The notes under the pieces: model-generated | Databases searched by the model: none | The model's input: only the letters and a program-made list of their open reading frames with translations | What the model was told of the DNA's origin: nothing | In this document: positions 1 to 13,237 of the stretch, piece after piece | Layout: each line of letters opens with the position of its first letter | Position numbering within the stretch: the first letter of the stretch is position 1 | NCBI GenBank assembly: GCA_944349735.1 | Contig: CALVNM010000003.1 | Coordinates: forward strand, 1 to 59,809 | DNA: 59,809 bases | Source: an uncultured Clostridia bacterium | Lineage (GTDB): Bacteria > Bacillota > Clostridia > Christensenellales > DTU072 | Reading direction: 5' to 3' | Position numbers and translations under genes: made by a program

Positions 1-1
1 T

Positions 2-1951
<1,950 letters not shown>

Positions 1952-1986
1952 CGCGCCTCCCGGCGAACCGGGTTCCCGAACAAAAA

Positions 1987-2014
1987 AGGAGCGGCAACGC
2001 TCCTTTCTTTTTTA
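1987..2014. terminator. Bidirectional rho-independent terminator between convergent ftsH and the radical SAM gene
   Basis: Stem AGGAGCG / loop GCAA / CGCTCCT, flanked by an A-tract upstream and TTTCTTTTTT downstream. Confidence 0.6.
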
Positions 2015-2056
2015 CTTATATCTCCGTTTCTCGCGGTATTTTGCGTGCCGTTATCC

Positions 2057-2902
2057 TTATTTTTCCCATTTGGGAATGAACTCTTCGGACGCGGAGTCGG
2101 CGGTCTGAATGTATATGTCCGCTATACCGAGTTTTTCGGCGTGAGCGACGACCGCTTTGTATTCGATAGGCTTGAGCTTTCGTGTTATCGTCCTGCCCGT
2201 AACGGGAGTGAACTGAGACATGAGGCTTAAGGTTATATCCTTGCCGAATCGCTCCGCGAGCATGTCGAGCGCCTCTATACTGTTCCGAACGAACCCGGGC
2301 AAAACGAGGTGCCTTATAATCACGCCCCGCTTTATAAGCCCGTTTTCGTAGACCGGAGGCTTCGCTTTAAGCATTTCTTCTATCGCGTCGAGCGCTGTCC
2401 GCGGATAGTCGGCGCGTAAAGAAAGTTTCCTCCCGAGCGATTCGTCCGAATATTTGAAATCGGGAAGAAAGACGTCCGCATAGTCCGACATTTCGCGTAT
2501 TATCTCTCTCCTCTCGTATCCCGACGTGTTATACACCACCGGAACGGAGGGACGGTAAATGTCGAGAGAGGCTCTTATCTCCAGGCTCCACTGCGTAGGC
2601 GTTACGAGATTTATGTTATGCGCGCCCTCTGCTTCGAGCCTTCGGTAGATGCCCGCGAGTTCCTCCGGCGCGTATTCCTTGCCCTCCGGCATGCGGCTTA
2701 TCTCGTAATTCTGGCAGAATTCGCATCTCATCACACAACCGCCGAAAAAGACCGTTCCAGAGCCTTTTACGCCGCTTATCGGCGGCTCTTCGTAGAAGTG
2801 GAGCGCCGCCCTGTTTACGACGGCTTTTTCGCCGGCAAGGCATTTGCCTCTCTCGAAGGCGCGATCGACGCCGCACATATTGGGACAAAGATAGCATTTC
2901 AT
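2057..2902 (-). CDS. Radical SAM protein, PflX-like (pyruvate formate-lyase activase-related)
   Basis: CVMRCEFC (CxxxCxxC) cluster after an N-terminal Cys-rich segment MKCYLCPNMCGV. Length 281 aa. Confidence 0.8.
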   Translation of the reverse strand: MKCYLCPNMCGVDRAFERGKCLAGEKAVVNRAALHFYEEPPISGVKGSGTVFFGGCVMRCEFCQNYEISRMPEGKEYAPEELAGIYRRLEAEGAHNINLVTPTQWSLEIRASLDIYRPSVPVVYNTSGYERREIIREMSDYADVFLPDFKYSDESLGRKLSLRADYPRTALDAIEEMLKAKPPVYENGLIKRGVIIRHLVLPGFVRNSIEALDMLAERFGKDITLSLMSQFTPVTGRTITRKLKPIEYKAVVAHAEKLGIADIYIQTADSASEEFIPKWEK

Positions 2903-2906
2903 CGGC

Positions 2907-3788
2907 TTATCCGAAAAAATAGATCTCGCCGGTCACGGCGTACGTCACTACCCATAACACGCTTACGGCGACCACCTGTATCAAAAGATATATATATATG
3001 GAATACCTGCCCGGAACGGTGAGGAACCTGTTCCACTTCCCGTCGAGCCCGGGAAGAAGGGACTTCTTCTCGTTATAGAGTATCGGCGCTATGGCGGCGC
3101 CTGTCATAAAGAAACCGAAGAAAGGAAGCAGCGGGAAGTAGTCCGCCGTCCACCAGCCCTCGGTATAGAAGAACATACCCGTGACGGGAGTCGTATCCGG
3201 CACCGTGGTATATGAAGTATTGACCTCGTACAGGGTGACGTTGCAGGTATAGTTGACGATGAGGAGCGCCACGGCGCAGGCGGCGTAAACGCCCGCCTTG
3301 ATAAACCTATAATATTTACTGCGCGAAGCGGTGAGTTTCAGGAAGGCTTCGAGCACCGCGAAAAGGAGTATGCAGAGGGCAAGGCAATGCAAGACGCCGA
3401 ATTGTATATAGACGGAACCCATGTCCAGCCATTCCTGAAGAAGGTACGTTACCCCCGAAACGGCGAGCGCGACGAAAGCGAGCCTTAACCCTCGCCAAAA
3501 ATTGTTTCTGCTGAACGCCGTACAAGTTCCGGATACGAAAAAGAAAATGAACACGAATACCGGCCAGCCGAAAAGCCTCCAGTCGCTGCCCCAGTAATCG
3601 AGCGCGAATTTGCCTAACTTTATCAACGCTTCGCTTGCGGAATATTCCCAGCCGCCGGAATAGAAGATGTACCCGATAGCGTACATCGTGTGATCCCATA
3701 CGACGAGCAGTATCGCCAATCCGCGGAGCGCGTCCAATTCCCACGCGCGCGGTTTTCTCTTTTTCGTCTTCAGGGTGTCTTCGTTCAT
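2907..3788 (-). CDS. DUF1624 / acyltransferase-3-like integral membrane protein
   Basis: N-terminal ELDALRGLAILLVVWDHT motif followed by multiple hydrophobic helices. Confidence 0.65.
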   Translation of the reverse strand: MNEDTLKTKKRKPRAWELDALRGLAILLVVWDHTMYAIGYIFYSGGWEYSASEALIKLGKFALDYWGSDWRLFGWPVFVFIFFFVSGTCTAFSRNNFWRGLRLAFVALAVSGVTYLLQEWLDMGSVYIQFGVLHCLALCILLFAVLEAFLKLTASRSKYYRFIKAGVYAACAVALLIVNYTCNVTLYEVNTSYTTVPDTTPVTGMFFYTEGWWTADYFPLLPFFGFFMTGAAIAPILYNEKKSLLPGLDGKWNRFLTVPGRYSIYIYLLIQVVAVSVLWVVTYAVTGEIYFFG

Positions 3789-4579
3789 CGCCGTTCGTCT
3801 TTGTACTCTATGCTTCGGAGAGTCTTTTTCCCGCCGTCCAGATCGTACACTTCGAATCTGTCGGAGTACTCGTGTATAAGTGTGTCCGCTTCCACCGCGG
3901 AAAGGTATATCTTGGGTTCTTCCTTTATGCTTACCGCGTCGTAACCGTATACGTCGTCATAGAACGGATCGTATTCCTTCTCTTTGGCTGCGCTCGTCTT
4001 TCGGTATCCGTATATGTCGTCAAGGGTTCCCGAACTTTCGTTTTCGTCGTATACGCTTCTTCCGGCGCGCCTTCTCTGCGGGCTGTCGCTCTCTTCCCGA
4101 TACGCCTCTTTTCCCGCTTCCTTGCGAGCGCGTTCCTCGGTTATCTTCCTGCCGCGTTCTATCGCTTTACGTCTCCGTTTTTCTTCGTGTTTCTTCTCCC
4201 ACTCTGATATCTCCTCTTTTTCCTTTTCCTTCTTCTTCGCCTCGTCGTCCTGCTTTTTCCATATCGGATTGCGGAAGCCTTCGGCTACGCTCCTGAAAGG
4301 TTTGACCACCGCGTTACGCCCGAGAATTATGAGGAATATGACTACGCAGAGCGCAAAGCCCACGAGATACAGCGTCTCGTACACGCCGCCCGCGAACGGA
4401 TTAAACTGCCATACGAGATACAGCACGCCGCCGAACAGCGCGTATAAGGCGGGTACCCACAGTCCCGTGTACCACAGGATCGCCGCCACCGCCTTGGCTA
4501 TACCGAAAAGCACCGAAACCAACGCCCGCAATATCGACCCCAAAAGGAGTCCTGCGGCGCATCCCTTGACGTTTACCAT
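3785..4579 (-). CDS. Hypothetical membrane protein with a K/E/R-rich charged central region
   Basis: ORF with N-terminal TM helices. ATGA start/stop overlap with the downstream gene. No recognisable family. Confidence 0.5.
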   Translation of the reverse strand: MVNVKGCAAGLLLGSILRALVSVLFGIAKAVAAILWYTGLWVPALYALFGGVLYLVWQFNPFAGGVYETLYLVGFALCVVIFLIILGRNAVVKPFRSVAEGFRNPIWKKQDDEAKKKEKEKEEISEWEKKHEEKRRRKAIERGRKITEERARKEAGKEAYREESDSPQRRRAGRSVYDENESSGTLDDIYGYRKTSAAKEKEYDPFYDDVYGYDAVSIKEEPKIYLSAVEADTLIHEYSDRFEVYDLDGGKKTLRSIEYKDERR

Positions 4580-5863
4580 TTAACGGGTTATCTTCTCTAT
4601 GCCGCCCAGATATTTCCTCAATACTTCGGGCACGGTCACGCTGCCGTCGGCGTTCTGGAATTGTTCCACGATGGCGGGTATTACCCTGCTCGTGGCGAGT
4701 CCGGAGCCGTTCAGCGTATGGACGAACGCCGTTTTGCCGGTGGCGGAATCGCGGTAACGCGTATTGTTGCGGCGCGCCTGATAATCGTTGGCGTTGGATA
4801 CGGAGCTTACTTCCTTGTATATACCCATGCTCGGTATCCATACCTCTATGTCGTAAGTCCTCGCCATAGATGCGCTGCAATCGCCCGCGGCAAGCTTGCT
4901 GACGCGGAAATGCAATCCGAGTCCTTCAACGAGCTTTGCCGCCTTCGCGACAAGCTCTTCGAAGGCTTTGCCCGATTCGGAGGGCTTGGCGTACTGCACC
5001 ATTTCCACCTTGTTGAACTGATGTCCGCGTATCATGCCGCGCTCTTCGCTCCTGTAACTGCCCGCCTCTTTGCGGTAGCAGGGAGTGTATGCGAAAAGTT
5101 TGAGGGGAAGCATGCTTTCGTCCATTATCTCGCCTGCGTAAATATTGACGAGCGCCGTCTCCGCGGTAGGAAGCATGAAGCGGTTCTTTTTCCTGTCCTC
5201 TTCTCCCTCGAGCCAGTAAACTTCGTCCTGGAATTTCGGGAACTGCCCCGCGCCCAGTCCGCAGTTGTACCCGAGCTGATGGGGCGGCAGTATGAATTCG
5301 TAACCGTCTTTAAGATGTTCGTCGATGAAATAATTGAGGAGCGCCCATTCGAGCCTTGCTCCCATTCCGCGGTAAAGCCAGAAACCGCCGCCAGAGAGCT
5401 TGACGCCGCGTTCGTAGTCGATGAGTCCGAGATCGACGCACAGATCGACGTGGTTTTTCGGAGTAAAGGCGAATTCTGTGGGCTTGCCCACCACCTTAAT
5501 CACTTGGTTATTCTCCTTCTCGCCCGCGAGAAGATCGTCGTCGGGCATGTTGGGAAGCCCGAGAAGGAAGTCGTTTATCCTGACTTCGAGTTCAGCTATC
5601 TCCGCGTCCGCCTGCGCGATCCTGTCGCCCAGAGCGCGCATTTCCTCGAATATCTTTTCGACCGGTTCGCCGGCTTTCTTAAGCTTGGGTATCTCCGCGC
5701 TGACCTTGTTGCGCTTCGCTTTCAGCTCCTCGACGGACTGCTTGGCCGCTTTCCGCGCGGCGTCCCAGCCGAGCATTTCCGTGAAGTCGACTTCGTAACC
5801 CTTCTTCGCAAGAGCCGCGCTGACTTTGCCGCTGTCGCTTCTTATGAGATTGATGTCCAACAT
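4580..5863 (-). CDS. serS: Seryl-tRNA synthetase
   Basis: MLDINLIR start, N-terminal coiled-coil arm, class II core motifs. 427 aa. Confidence 0.95.
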   Translation of the reverse strand: MLDINLIRSDSGKVSAALAKKGYEVDFTEMLGWDAARKAAKQSVEELKAKRNKVSAEIPKLKKAGEPVEKIFEEMRALGDRIAQADAEIAELEVRINDFLLGLPNMPDDDLLAGEKENNQVIKVVGKPTEFAFTPKNHVDLCVDLGLIDYERGVKLSGGGFWLYRGMGARLEWALLNYFIDEHLKDGYEFILPPHQLGYNCGLGAGQFPKFQDEVYWLEGEEDRKKNRFMLPTAETALVNIYAGEIMDESMLPLKLFAYTPCYRKEAGSYRSEERGMIRGHQFNKVEMVQYAKPSESGKAFEELVAKAAKLVEGLGLHFRVSKLAAGDCSASMARTYDIEVWIPSMGIYKEVSSVSNANDYQARRNNTRYRDSATGKTAFVHTLNGSGLATSRVIPAIVEQFQNADGSVTVPEVLRKYLGGIEKITR

Positions 5864-5923
5864 TTTTGCTTCCTCCGTATCGGTTTTCCGAATTGAAATT
5901 TATTTTTCCACCGGTGTGAACGG

Positions 5924-7024
5924 TCAGCCGTTCGCCTTGATGAGATAGTCGTATATGAAGCCGTCGAGATCGCCGTCCATGACGGCGTTCACGTCGGTGT
6001 TCTCGTAGCCCGTGCGGTGATCCTTGACGAGCGTGTAGGGGCAGAATACATAGCTCCTTATCTGCGAACCCCACTCTATTTTCTTGATCTCGCCTTTGAG
6101 ACTCATCGCCTCTTCCATCTGCTCGCGCTCCTTGAGCTCGACGAGCTTACTGTACAGCATGCGCATCGCCGTCTCCTTGTTCTGTACTTGGCTGCGTTCG
6201 TTCTGGCACCAGGTGACTATTCCGGTAGGTATATGCGTTATGCGTACAGCGGACTCGGTCTTATTGACGTGCTGACCGCCCGCGCCCGACGAACGGCAGG
6301 TGTCTATCTTAAGATCTTCGGGATTGATCTTTATCTCGTCGTCGTCGATTATCTCGGGCATCACTTCGAGAGAAGCGAAGCTCGTATGCCTTCTTTTGTT
6401 GGCGTCGAAAGGACTTATTCTTACGAGTCTGTGCACCCCTTTCTCGGCTTTCAGGAACCCGTATGCATTAGTTCCGGAAAGCGTAAAAGTCACGCTCTTG
6501 ATGCCCGCTTCGTCGCCGTCCTGATAATCCTGTACGCTGACGGCGTAGCCTTTACGCTCCGCATAGCGTCGGTACATACGGTAGAGCATCTCCGCCCAAT
6601 CCTGCGCTTCGGTGCCGCCCGCGCCCGCGTGAAGCGTGAGTATCGCGTTCAGTCCGTCGTATTTGCCGTTGAGGAGCGTTTCGAGGAAAAGCGTCTCCGA
6701 ATCTTTTCCGAGCGCGTCGAGCATGTCGGCTATTTCCGCCGCCGCGCCCTCTTCTTCCATCTCCTCCGCCATGTCCATGAGTTCGGCGGCGTCGGTCACT
6801 CTTTTGCGCAGTTCCGCTATTTCCGTAAGTTTGCGTTCGCTCGCCGCTATCTGCATGTTGACCGCTTTCGCCTTGTTGAGATCGAGCCAGAAGCCTTCCT
6901 TTTCCTGCTCCGCGCGAAGGTCGCCTAGCTCTCTTTCGAGCTTGTCCGTGTCGAGAGCTTTAGCCGATCTCTCTATAGAGTCTTTAAGCTCTCCGAGCCT
7001 TATTCTCTCAGAATAAAAATCCAT
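5924..7024 (-). CDS. prfB: Peptide chain release factor 2, encoded in a single frame (no +1 frameshift site)
   Basis: SPF tripeptide (RISPFDANKRRHTSF) and GGQ (SGAGGQHVNK). 366 aa, continuous through the usual frameshift position (GCT CTC GAC = A L D). Confidence 0.95.
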   Translation of the reverse strand: MDFYSERIRLGELKDSIERSAKALDTDKLERELGDLRAEQEKEGFWLDLNKAKAVNMQIAASERKLTEIAELRKRVTDAAELMDMAEEMEEEGAAAEIADMLDALGKDSETLFLETLLNGKYDGLNAILTLHAGAGGTEAQDWAEMLYRMYRRYAERKGYAVSVQDYQDGDEAGIKSVTFTLSGTNAYGFLKAEKGVHRLVRISPFDANKRRHTSFASLEVMPEIIDDDEIKINPEDLKIDTCRSSGAGGQHVNKTESAVRITHIPTGIVTWCQNERSQVQNKETAMRMLYSKLVELKEREQMEEAMSLKGEIKKIEWGSQIRSYVFCPYTLVKDHRTGYENTDVNAVMDGDLDGFIYDYLIKANG

Positions 7025-7028
7025 ATTC

Positions 7029-9686
<2,658 letters not shown>

Positions 9687-9761
9687 TTTTGCCTCATTGT
9701 TGCCGCGCGCGCGGATATTGCCCGTGCGGGCGCGTTGCGCGGTTAATATATAATCTTACAC

Positions 9762-9790
9762 ATTATAGCATAAGGTAAACGGTTCCGCAA
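9762..9790 (-). promoter_or_regulatory. Candidate sigma-A promoter for secA (TTGCGG-17-TATAAT with TGn extended -10)
   Basis: Minus strand reads cTTGCGGaaccgtttaccttaTGcTATAAT, about 75 nt upstream of the secA ATG. Confidence 0.4.
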
Positions 9791-9910
9791 GCGTTAGTCG
9801 CGTTCCGCGCCGATTTGCGAAAACAGGCGCGAAATCGGCGCGCTCCCCTCTTACGCGACAAAAGTCGCGCCGCCGCGCAAAGCGCGGTAAGAGGTTTGCC
9901 TCCGTAAGGC

Positions 9911-9938
9911 ATAAAAAACGCGGCGGAATACCGCCGCG
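9911..9938 (-). terminator. Rho-independent terminator downstream of lgt
   Basis: Minus strand: CGCGGCGG TATT CCGCCGCG followed by TTTTTTAT. Confidence 0.7.
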
Positions 9939-9952
9939 TCTGTCGGAACAAC

Positions 9953-10774
9953 CTAATTTTGTTTCGCCGTTTTTTTCTTTTCTTGCGGTTCGACGATCGG
10001 ATGTTCTTTGAGATACGCCTGTCTCTTGTCCCACAGCTTCTTGAGTATCGGAATGAGTATCGCGCCGCCTATAACGAGTATCACCGACCAGAACTGCGAC
10101 GGGCTCATACCGGGTACGAACTCCCCTCTGTCGTCGTCGCGGAAGTACTCGATAACGAAACGGAATATGCCGTAAAGTATCATATACAAGGGAAGGTTAT
10201 AGGGATGCGCTTTTTTGAGATATACGGCGATCAGGATACCGAAAACAATGAAAAGGAATACCGCTTCTATCAAATTGGTAGGAATGACCTTCTCGGTCAG
10301 ACCGCCCGTCTCGAGGTCTATGAACTGTACTCCTATGGGACTGTCGGTAGGTTTGCCGTAACAGCAGCCTGCCATGAAACAGCCCACTCTGCCGAAGGCG
10401 TGGCCTATGAGGATGCCGAGTGGAACGTTGCTGACGATGTCTATCATCTTGCTCTGATAGCGGTTGCGGAAAATGTATGCGAGGAGTATGAATACCGCCG
10501 CTCCGCCGATGAGTCCGCCGTAAAACGTCAGCCCGTTATAGCCGAAACCCGCCTCGGGATTTTCGATATAGCTGTAAACCGACTGGAAGAGCGCCGCAAA
10601 GCCGAAACCCGCCGCCGCGGTAACCACTCCGTCGACGGTAATGAATTCGACGTAACGGCTCTCGATCTTATCGCGTTTTGCGAGGCACCAGAAAACAATG
10701 AAGCACGCGAGTACGCCCGCGCCGAGTAAAATTCCGTACAGGGTTATGAACCCGCCTATTTCGTAAGGATACAC
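9953..10774 (-). CDS. lgt: Prolipoprotein diacylglyceryl transferase
   Basis: Polytopic membrane protein with HAFGRVGCFMAGCCYGKPT, the Lgt signature region. Confidence 0.9.
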   Translation of the reverse strand: MYPYEIGGFITLYGILLGAGVLACFIVFWCLAKRDKIESRYVEFITVDGVVTAAAGFGFAALFQSVYSYIENPEAGFGYNGLTFYGGLIGGAAVFILLAYIFRNRYQSKMIDIVSNVPLGILIGHAFGRVGCFMAGCCYGKPTDSPIGVQFIDLETGGLTEKVIPTNLIEAVFLFIVFGILIAVYLKKAHPYNLPLYMILYGIFRFVIEYFRDDDRGEFVPGMSPSQFWSVILVIGGAILIPILKKLWDKRQAYLKEHPIVEPQEKKKTAKQN

Positions 10775-10897
10775 GTACGACCTCCGTCTTACCGTCTGTT
10801 ATCGTAATATTATACAACTTCCGTGAAGATAATTCAATAATAATATACCTTATAGGCGCGATCCGTGTTATAATGGTGAAAAATCCAAGGAGCGGGT

Positions 10898-11752
10898 ATG
10901 TTCGACAGGAGCAGAAGGACGCGGCGCGCGGGATACGACGTGGAAGGCATCGGAGAAGGCGTGTACCGCATTAACGAATATAACGTGGCGAATTGCTATC
11001 TCGTGATCGGAAGCGAAAAGGCGCTCCTTATCGACACCGGCGCGGGTGTAAACGATCTCGGTAATATAGTGACTTCGCTTGCGGGCAACAAGCCCGTGGA
11101 AGTCGCCCTTACCACGGCGCTGCCGTGGCACGCGGGCGGAAGGAGCCGCTTCGGGAAGATATATCTGTCCGAAAAAGAAATCCCCCTCCTCAAAAGATGC
11201 ACTCTCGCCGCACGCAAGGCTTATCTTGCCGGTCTCAAATTCTTCTTCCGACTCAAGGTGATACGCTTCCGTAACTGCCGATGGGTGCGCGGAGAAGAGC
11301 CGGAACGCGTGTTCGTGAAAGAAGGCGACGCCATAGACCTCGGCGGCAAGACCGTACGCGTGTACGAATCCAAAGGTATAACGCGCGGTGCGCTGAGCTA
11401 TCTAGCAGAAGAAAACAGGCTGCTTTTCGTAGGCGACACTTACAATCCCTGCACCTATCTGGGCATAAAGCGTGCGGCAAAAACGGAAGAGCTCAAAACC
11501 ACGTTGCAACGCATATTGCGCGGCAATACGTACGACGCGATATTCGCCACGCATTTCGTGGCTCCGGTGCCGCGCGACAAAGTGCAGGACGCGGTGGACT
11601 GTATCGAAAGGATAGTGCGTCACACCAACGGTCTGCCCTTTCCGCACGTCTCGAGTTACCGCGGCTACACGGTGGTGAACTGGGGACACAAGCGCAGAGT
11701 TCGCAGACACCGCCCGAAAAAATCGGAATCGGACGACTTCGCCGGCGAATAA
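10898..11752 (+). CDS. MBL-fold (metallo-beta-lactamase-like) protein with a degenerate metal-binding motif
   Basis: NCYLVIGSEKALLIDTGAG resembles MBL motif 1. The HxHxDH position reads TTALPWHAGG. SD aaggag lies upstream of the ATG. Confidence 0.55.
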   Translation: MFDRSRRTRRAGYDVEGIGEGVYRINEYNVANCYLVIGSEKALLIDTGAGVNDLGNIVTSLAGNKPVEVALTTALPWHAGGRSRFGKIYLSEKEIPLLKRCTLAARKAYLAGLKFFFRLKVIRFRNCRWVRGEEPERVFVKEGDAIDLGGKTVRVYESKGITRGALSYLAEENRLLFVGDTYNPCTYLGIKRAAKTEELKTTLQRILRGNTYDAIFATHFVAPVPRDKVQDAVDCIERIVRHTNGLPFPHVSSYRGYTVVNWGHKRRVRRHRPKKSESDDFAGE

Positions 11753-11761
11753 AAGAGATAG

Positions 11762-11792
11762 GCTCCCGCACAAACGGGAGCTTTTATTTTTT
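11762..11792 (+). terminator. Rho-independent terminator after the MBL-like gene
   Basis: GCTCCCG cacaaa CGGGAGC followed by TTTTATTTTTT. It abuts the stop codon of the convergent gene. Confidence 0.6.
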
Positions 11793-13128
11793 AACGCCGT
11801 ATATCCTTCCCGGTCACGGCTTTAACGAGCTTTCTTTCCCACTTTCCGACGGCGCGCGGCGTGTAAACCGCAGGGATCCTCCGCGCTGTCTTTATCGCGC
11901 GCTTGCCGCGCGTGAGCATCGCGTTCACCCTGAGGAGCGCGGGAAGTTTTTTAAGTCCCGCCGCTTTTACTTTCCTCAACGCTTCCTTTACTCCTATATT
12001 AAGGAAGTGACCTTTCGCAAGCGCGCAAACGTCGTCGTTTGTAAGCACTTTCGACGTTAATAACCACCCGAGCAGTTCGTCGGGAAACTCCAGAACTCCC
12101 CTTTTCGTAACGTCCACGCCGCAGAATTCGGCTCCGAAAGCAAGATAAAAATCCCTCTCGTAATTCCAGAGATTTTTTACGGAAACGGCTTCTTCCGCTC
12201 CCTTTCCGGCGGCTTCCGTAAGGCATTTCGCGAGCATTCCGGCAGCCGCGAGCGAGGTCGCTATACCGCTGCCGAGCATAGGCACGGTCATATACGCCGC
12301 GTCGCCTATCGCGGCGTAACCGTCCGCGACCATCCGCGTCGCGGGATACCTTACCGGTATGCGGTACATGCCGCCGCCTCTCACCGTTTCCGCGCCTATA
12401 GTCGGATTTTCTTTTTCGAGTTGCGCTATCGCGGAAGCGAATTCCTCTTCGTTCGCGCCGCCCAGTCTTCCCGCCAATACGTCCACTTCGTCGCCGTCCT
12501 GTATCGCCCACGCTATCCCGCGCTCGCCCTTATGCTTCAGATAAACTTTGTTCGTATACTCCGCTTCGGGGGCGTCCGCGTTCTTCCTGCGGAAGGCGCG
12601 ATAGGTAACGAATATCTCGTCCGCTTCGTGTACCGTCACGCCGGGAACGTCCTTTTTCAGCGAGGAAAAGGCGCCGAGCGAATCCACCACGAGATCCGCG
12701 TAAATCTTTTCGCCGTTCGCGATTATCCCTTTGACGCGCCCGTTTTCCGCGATCGCGCCCTCTACTGCGGTCGAAAACTTAATTTCGGCGTATTCTTCGG
12801 CGCTTTTGACGAGTTCCCTGTTGAGAGCCCTTCTCCATACCGAAAAATCGGCTTTTTCTTCGGCTTCGTACATACGGCGCACCGCGCCGTCGGGTGTAAC
12901 GAACGTCCAGTTTTTCTTGCGGAAACTCCCTTCGGGCACGTCGAGCCCCGCCCGCGCGAAAGCTTCCGGCTGAACGTCGTCGTGCCACGGGTAACGCATG
13001 TCGTCCACGGAATCCGCCCTCTCGTAAACGGTCACCTCCGCGCCCGCTTTGCCGAGCTCCTTCGCCGCCGCGAGCCCGCCTATGCCCGCGCCCGCGACTA
13101 TTACTTTCATTCCTTCGAGTTCCTTCAT
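11791..13128 (-). CDS. NAD(P)/FAD-dependent oxidoreductase (geranylgeranyl-reductase-like fold)
   Basis: Rossmann motif KVIVAGAGIGGLAAAKEL...VTVYER. Start chosen at the ATG preceded by GGGAGG. The ORF extends to 13146 via a TTG. Confidence 0.75.
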   Translation of the reverse strand: MKELEGMKVIVAGAGIGGLAAAKELGKAGAEVTVYERADSVDDMRYPWHDDVQPEAFARAGLDVPEGSFRKKNWTFVTPDGAVRRMYEAEEKADFSVWRRALNRELVKSAEEYAEIKFSTAVEGAIAENGRVKGIIANGEKIYADLVVDSLGAFSSLKKDVPGVTVHEADEIFVTYRAFRRKNADAPEAEYTNKVYLKHKGERGIAWAIQDGDEVDVLAGRLGGANEEEFASAIAQLEKENPTIGAETVRGGGMYRIPVRYPATRMVADGYAAIGDAAYMTVPMLGSGIATSLAAAGMLAKCLTEAAGKGAEEAVSVKNLWNYERDFYLAFGAEFCGVDVTKRGVLEFPDELLGWLLTSKVLTNDDVCALAKGHFLNIGVKEALRKVKAAGLKKLPALLRVNAMLTRGKRAIKTARRIPAVYTPRAVGKWERKLVKAVTGKDIRR

Positions 13129-13197
13129 CTCCTGCGCCTCCCGCAAAAACGGTATATTCGGATTTTACTATTTCCCGCGCCTTTTTTCAATACCCGA

Positions 13198-13224
13198 CTT
13201 AAAAAAACGGCTCTTCCAAGCCGT
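13198..13224 (-). terminator. Rho-independent terminator downstream of mnmG
   Basis: Minus strand: ACGGCT tggaag AGCCGT followed by TTTTTTTAAG. Confidence 0.6.
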
Positions 13225-13237
13225 CGTCGCGTTGCGT

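Noticed and set aside
4661-5896. Long antisense ORFs opposite well-identified genes. Examples are 4661-5896(+) opposite serS, 7095-8906(+) opposite secA, 14174-15862(+) opposite mnmG/mnmE, 32636-34138(-) and 32419-33111(-) opposite the FGGY kinase cluster, 42431-43924(-) opposite gyrA, 54044-55909(-) opposite the lipoprotein gene, and 57594-58604(-) opposite guaA.
   Set aside because: They are shadow ORFs typical of GC-rich coding DNA. Their translations are R/A/S/F-rich with no recognisable motifs and no SD sequences. Each lies fully inside a gene whose product is unambiguous.
5864-5923. A T-box leader upstream of serS.
   Set aside because: The prfB-serS spacer is only 60 bp, which is far too short for a T-box. 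No specifier or T-box sequence was seen.
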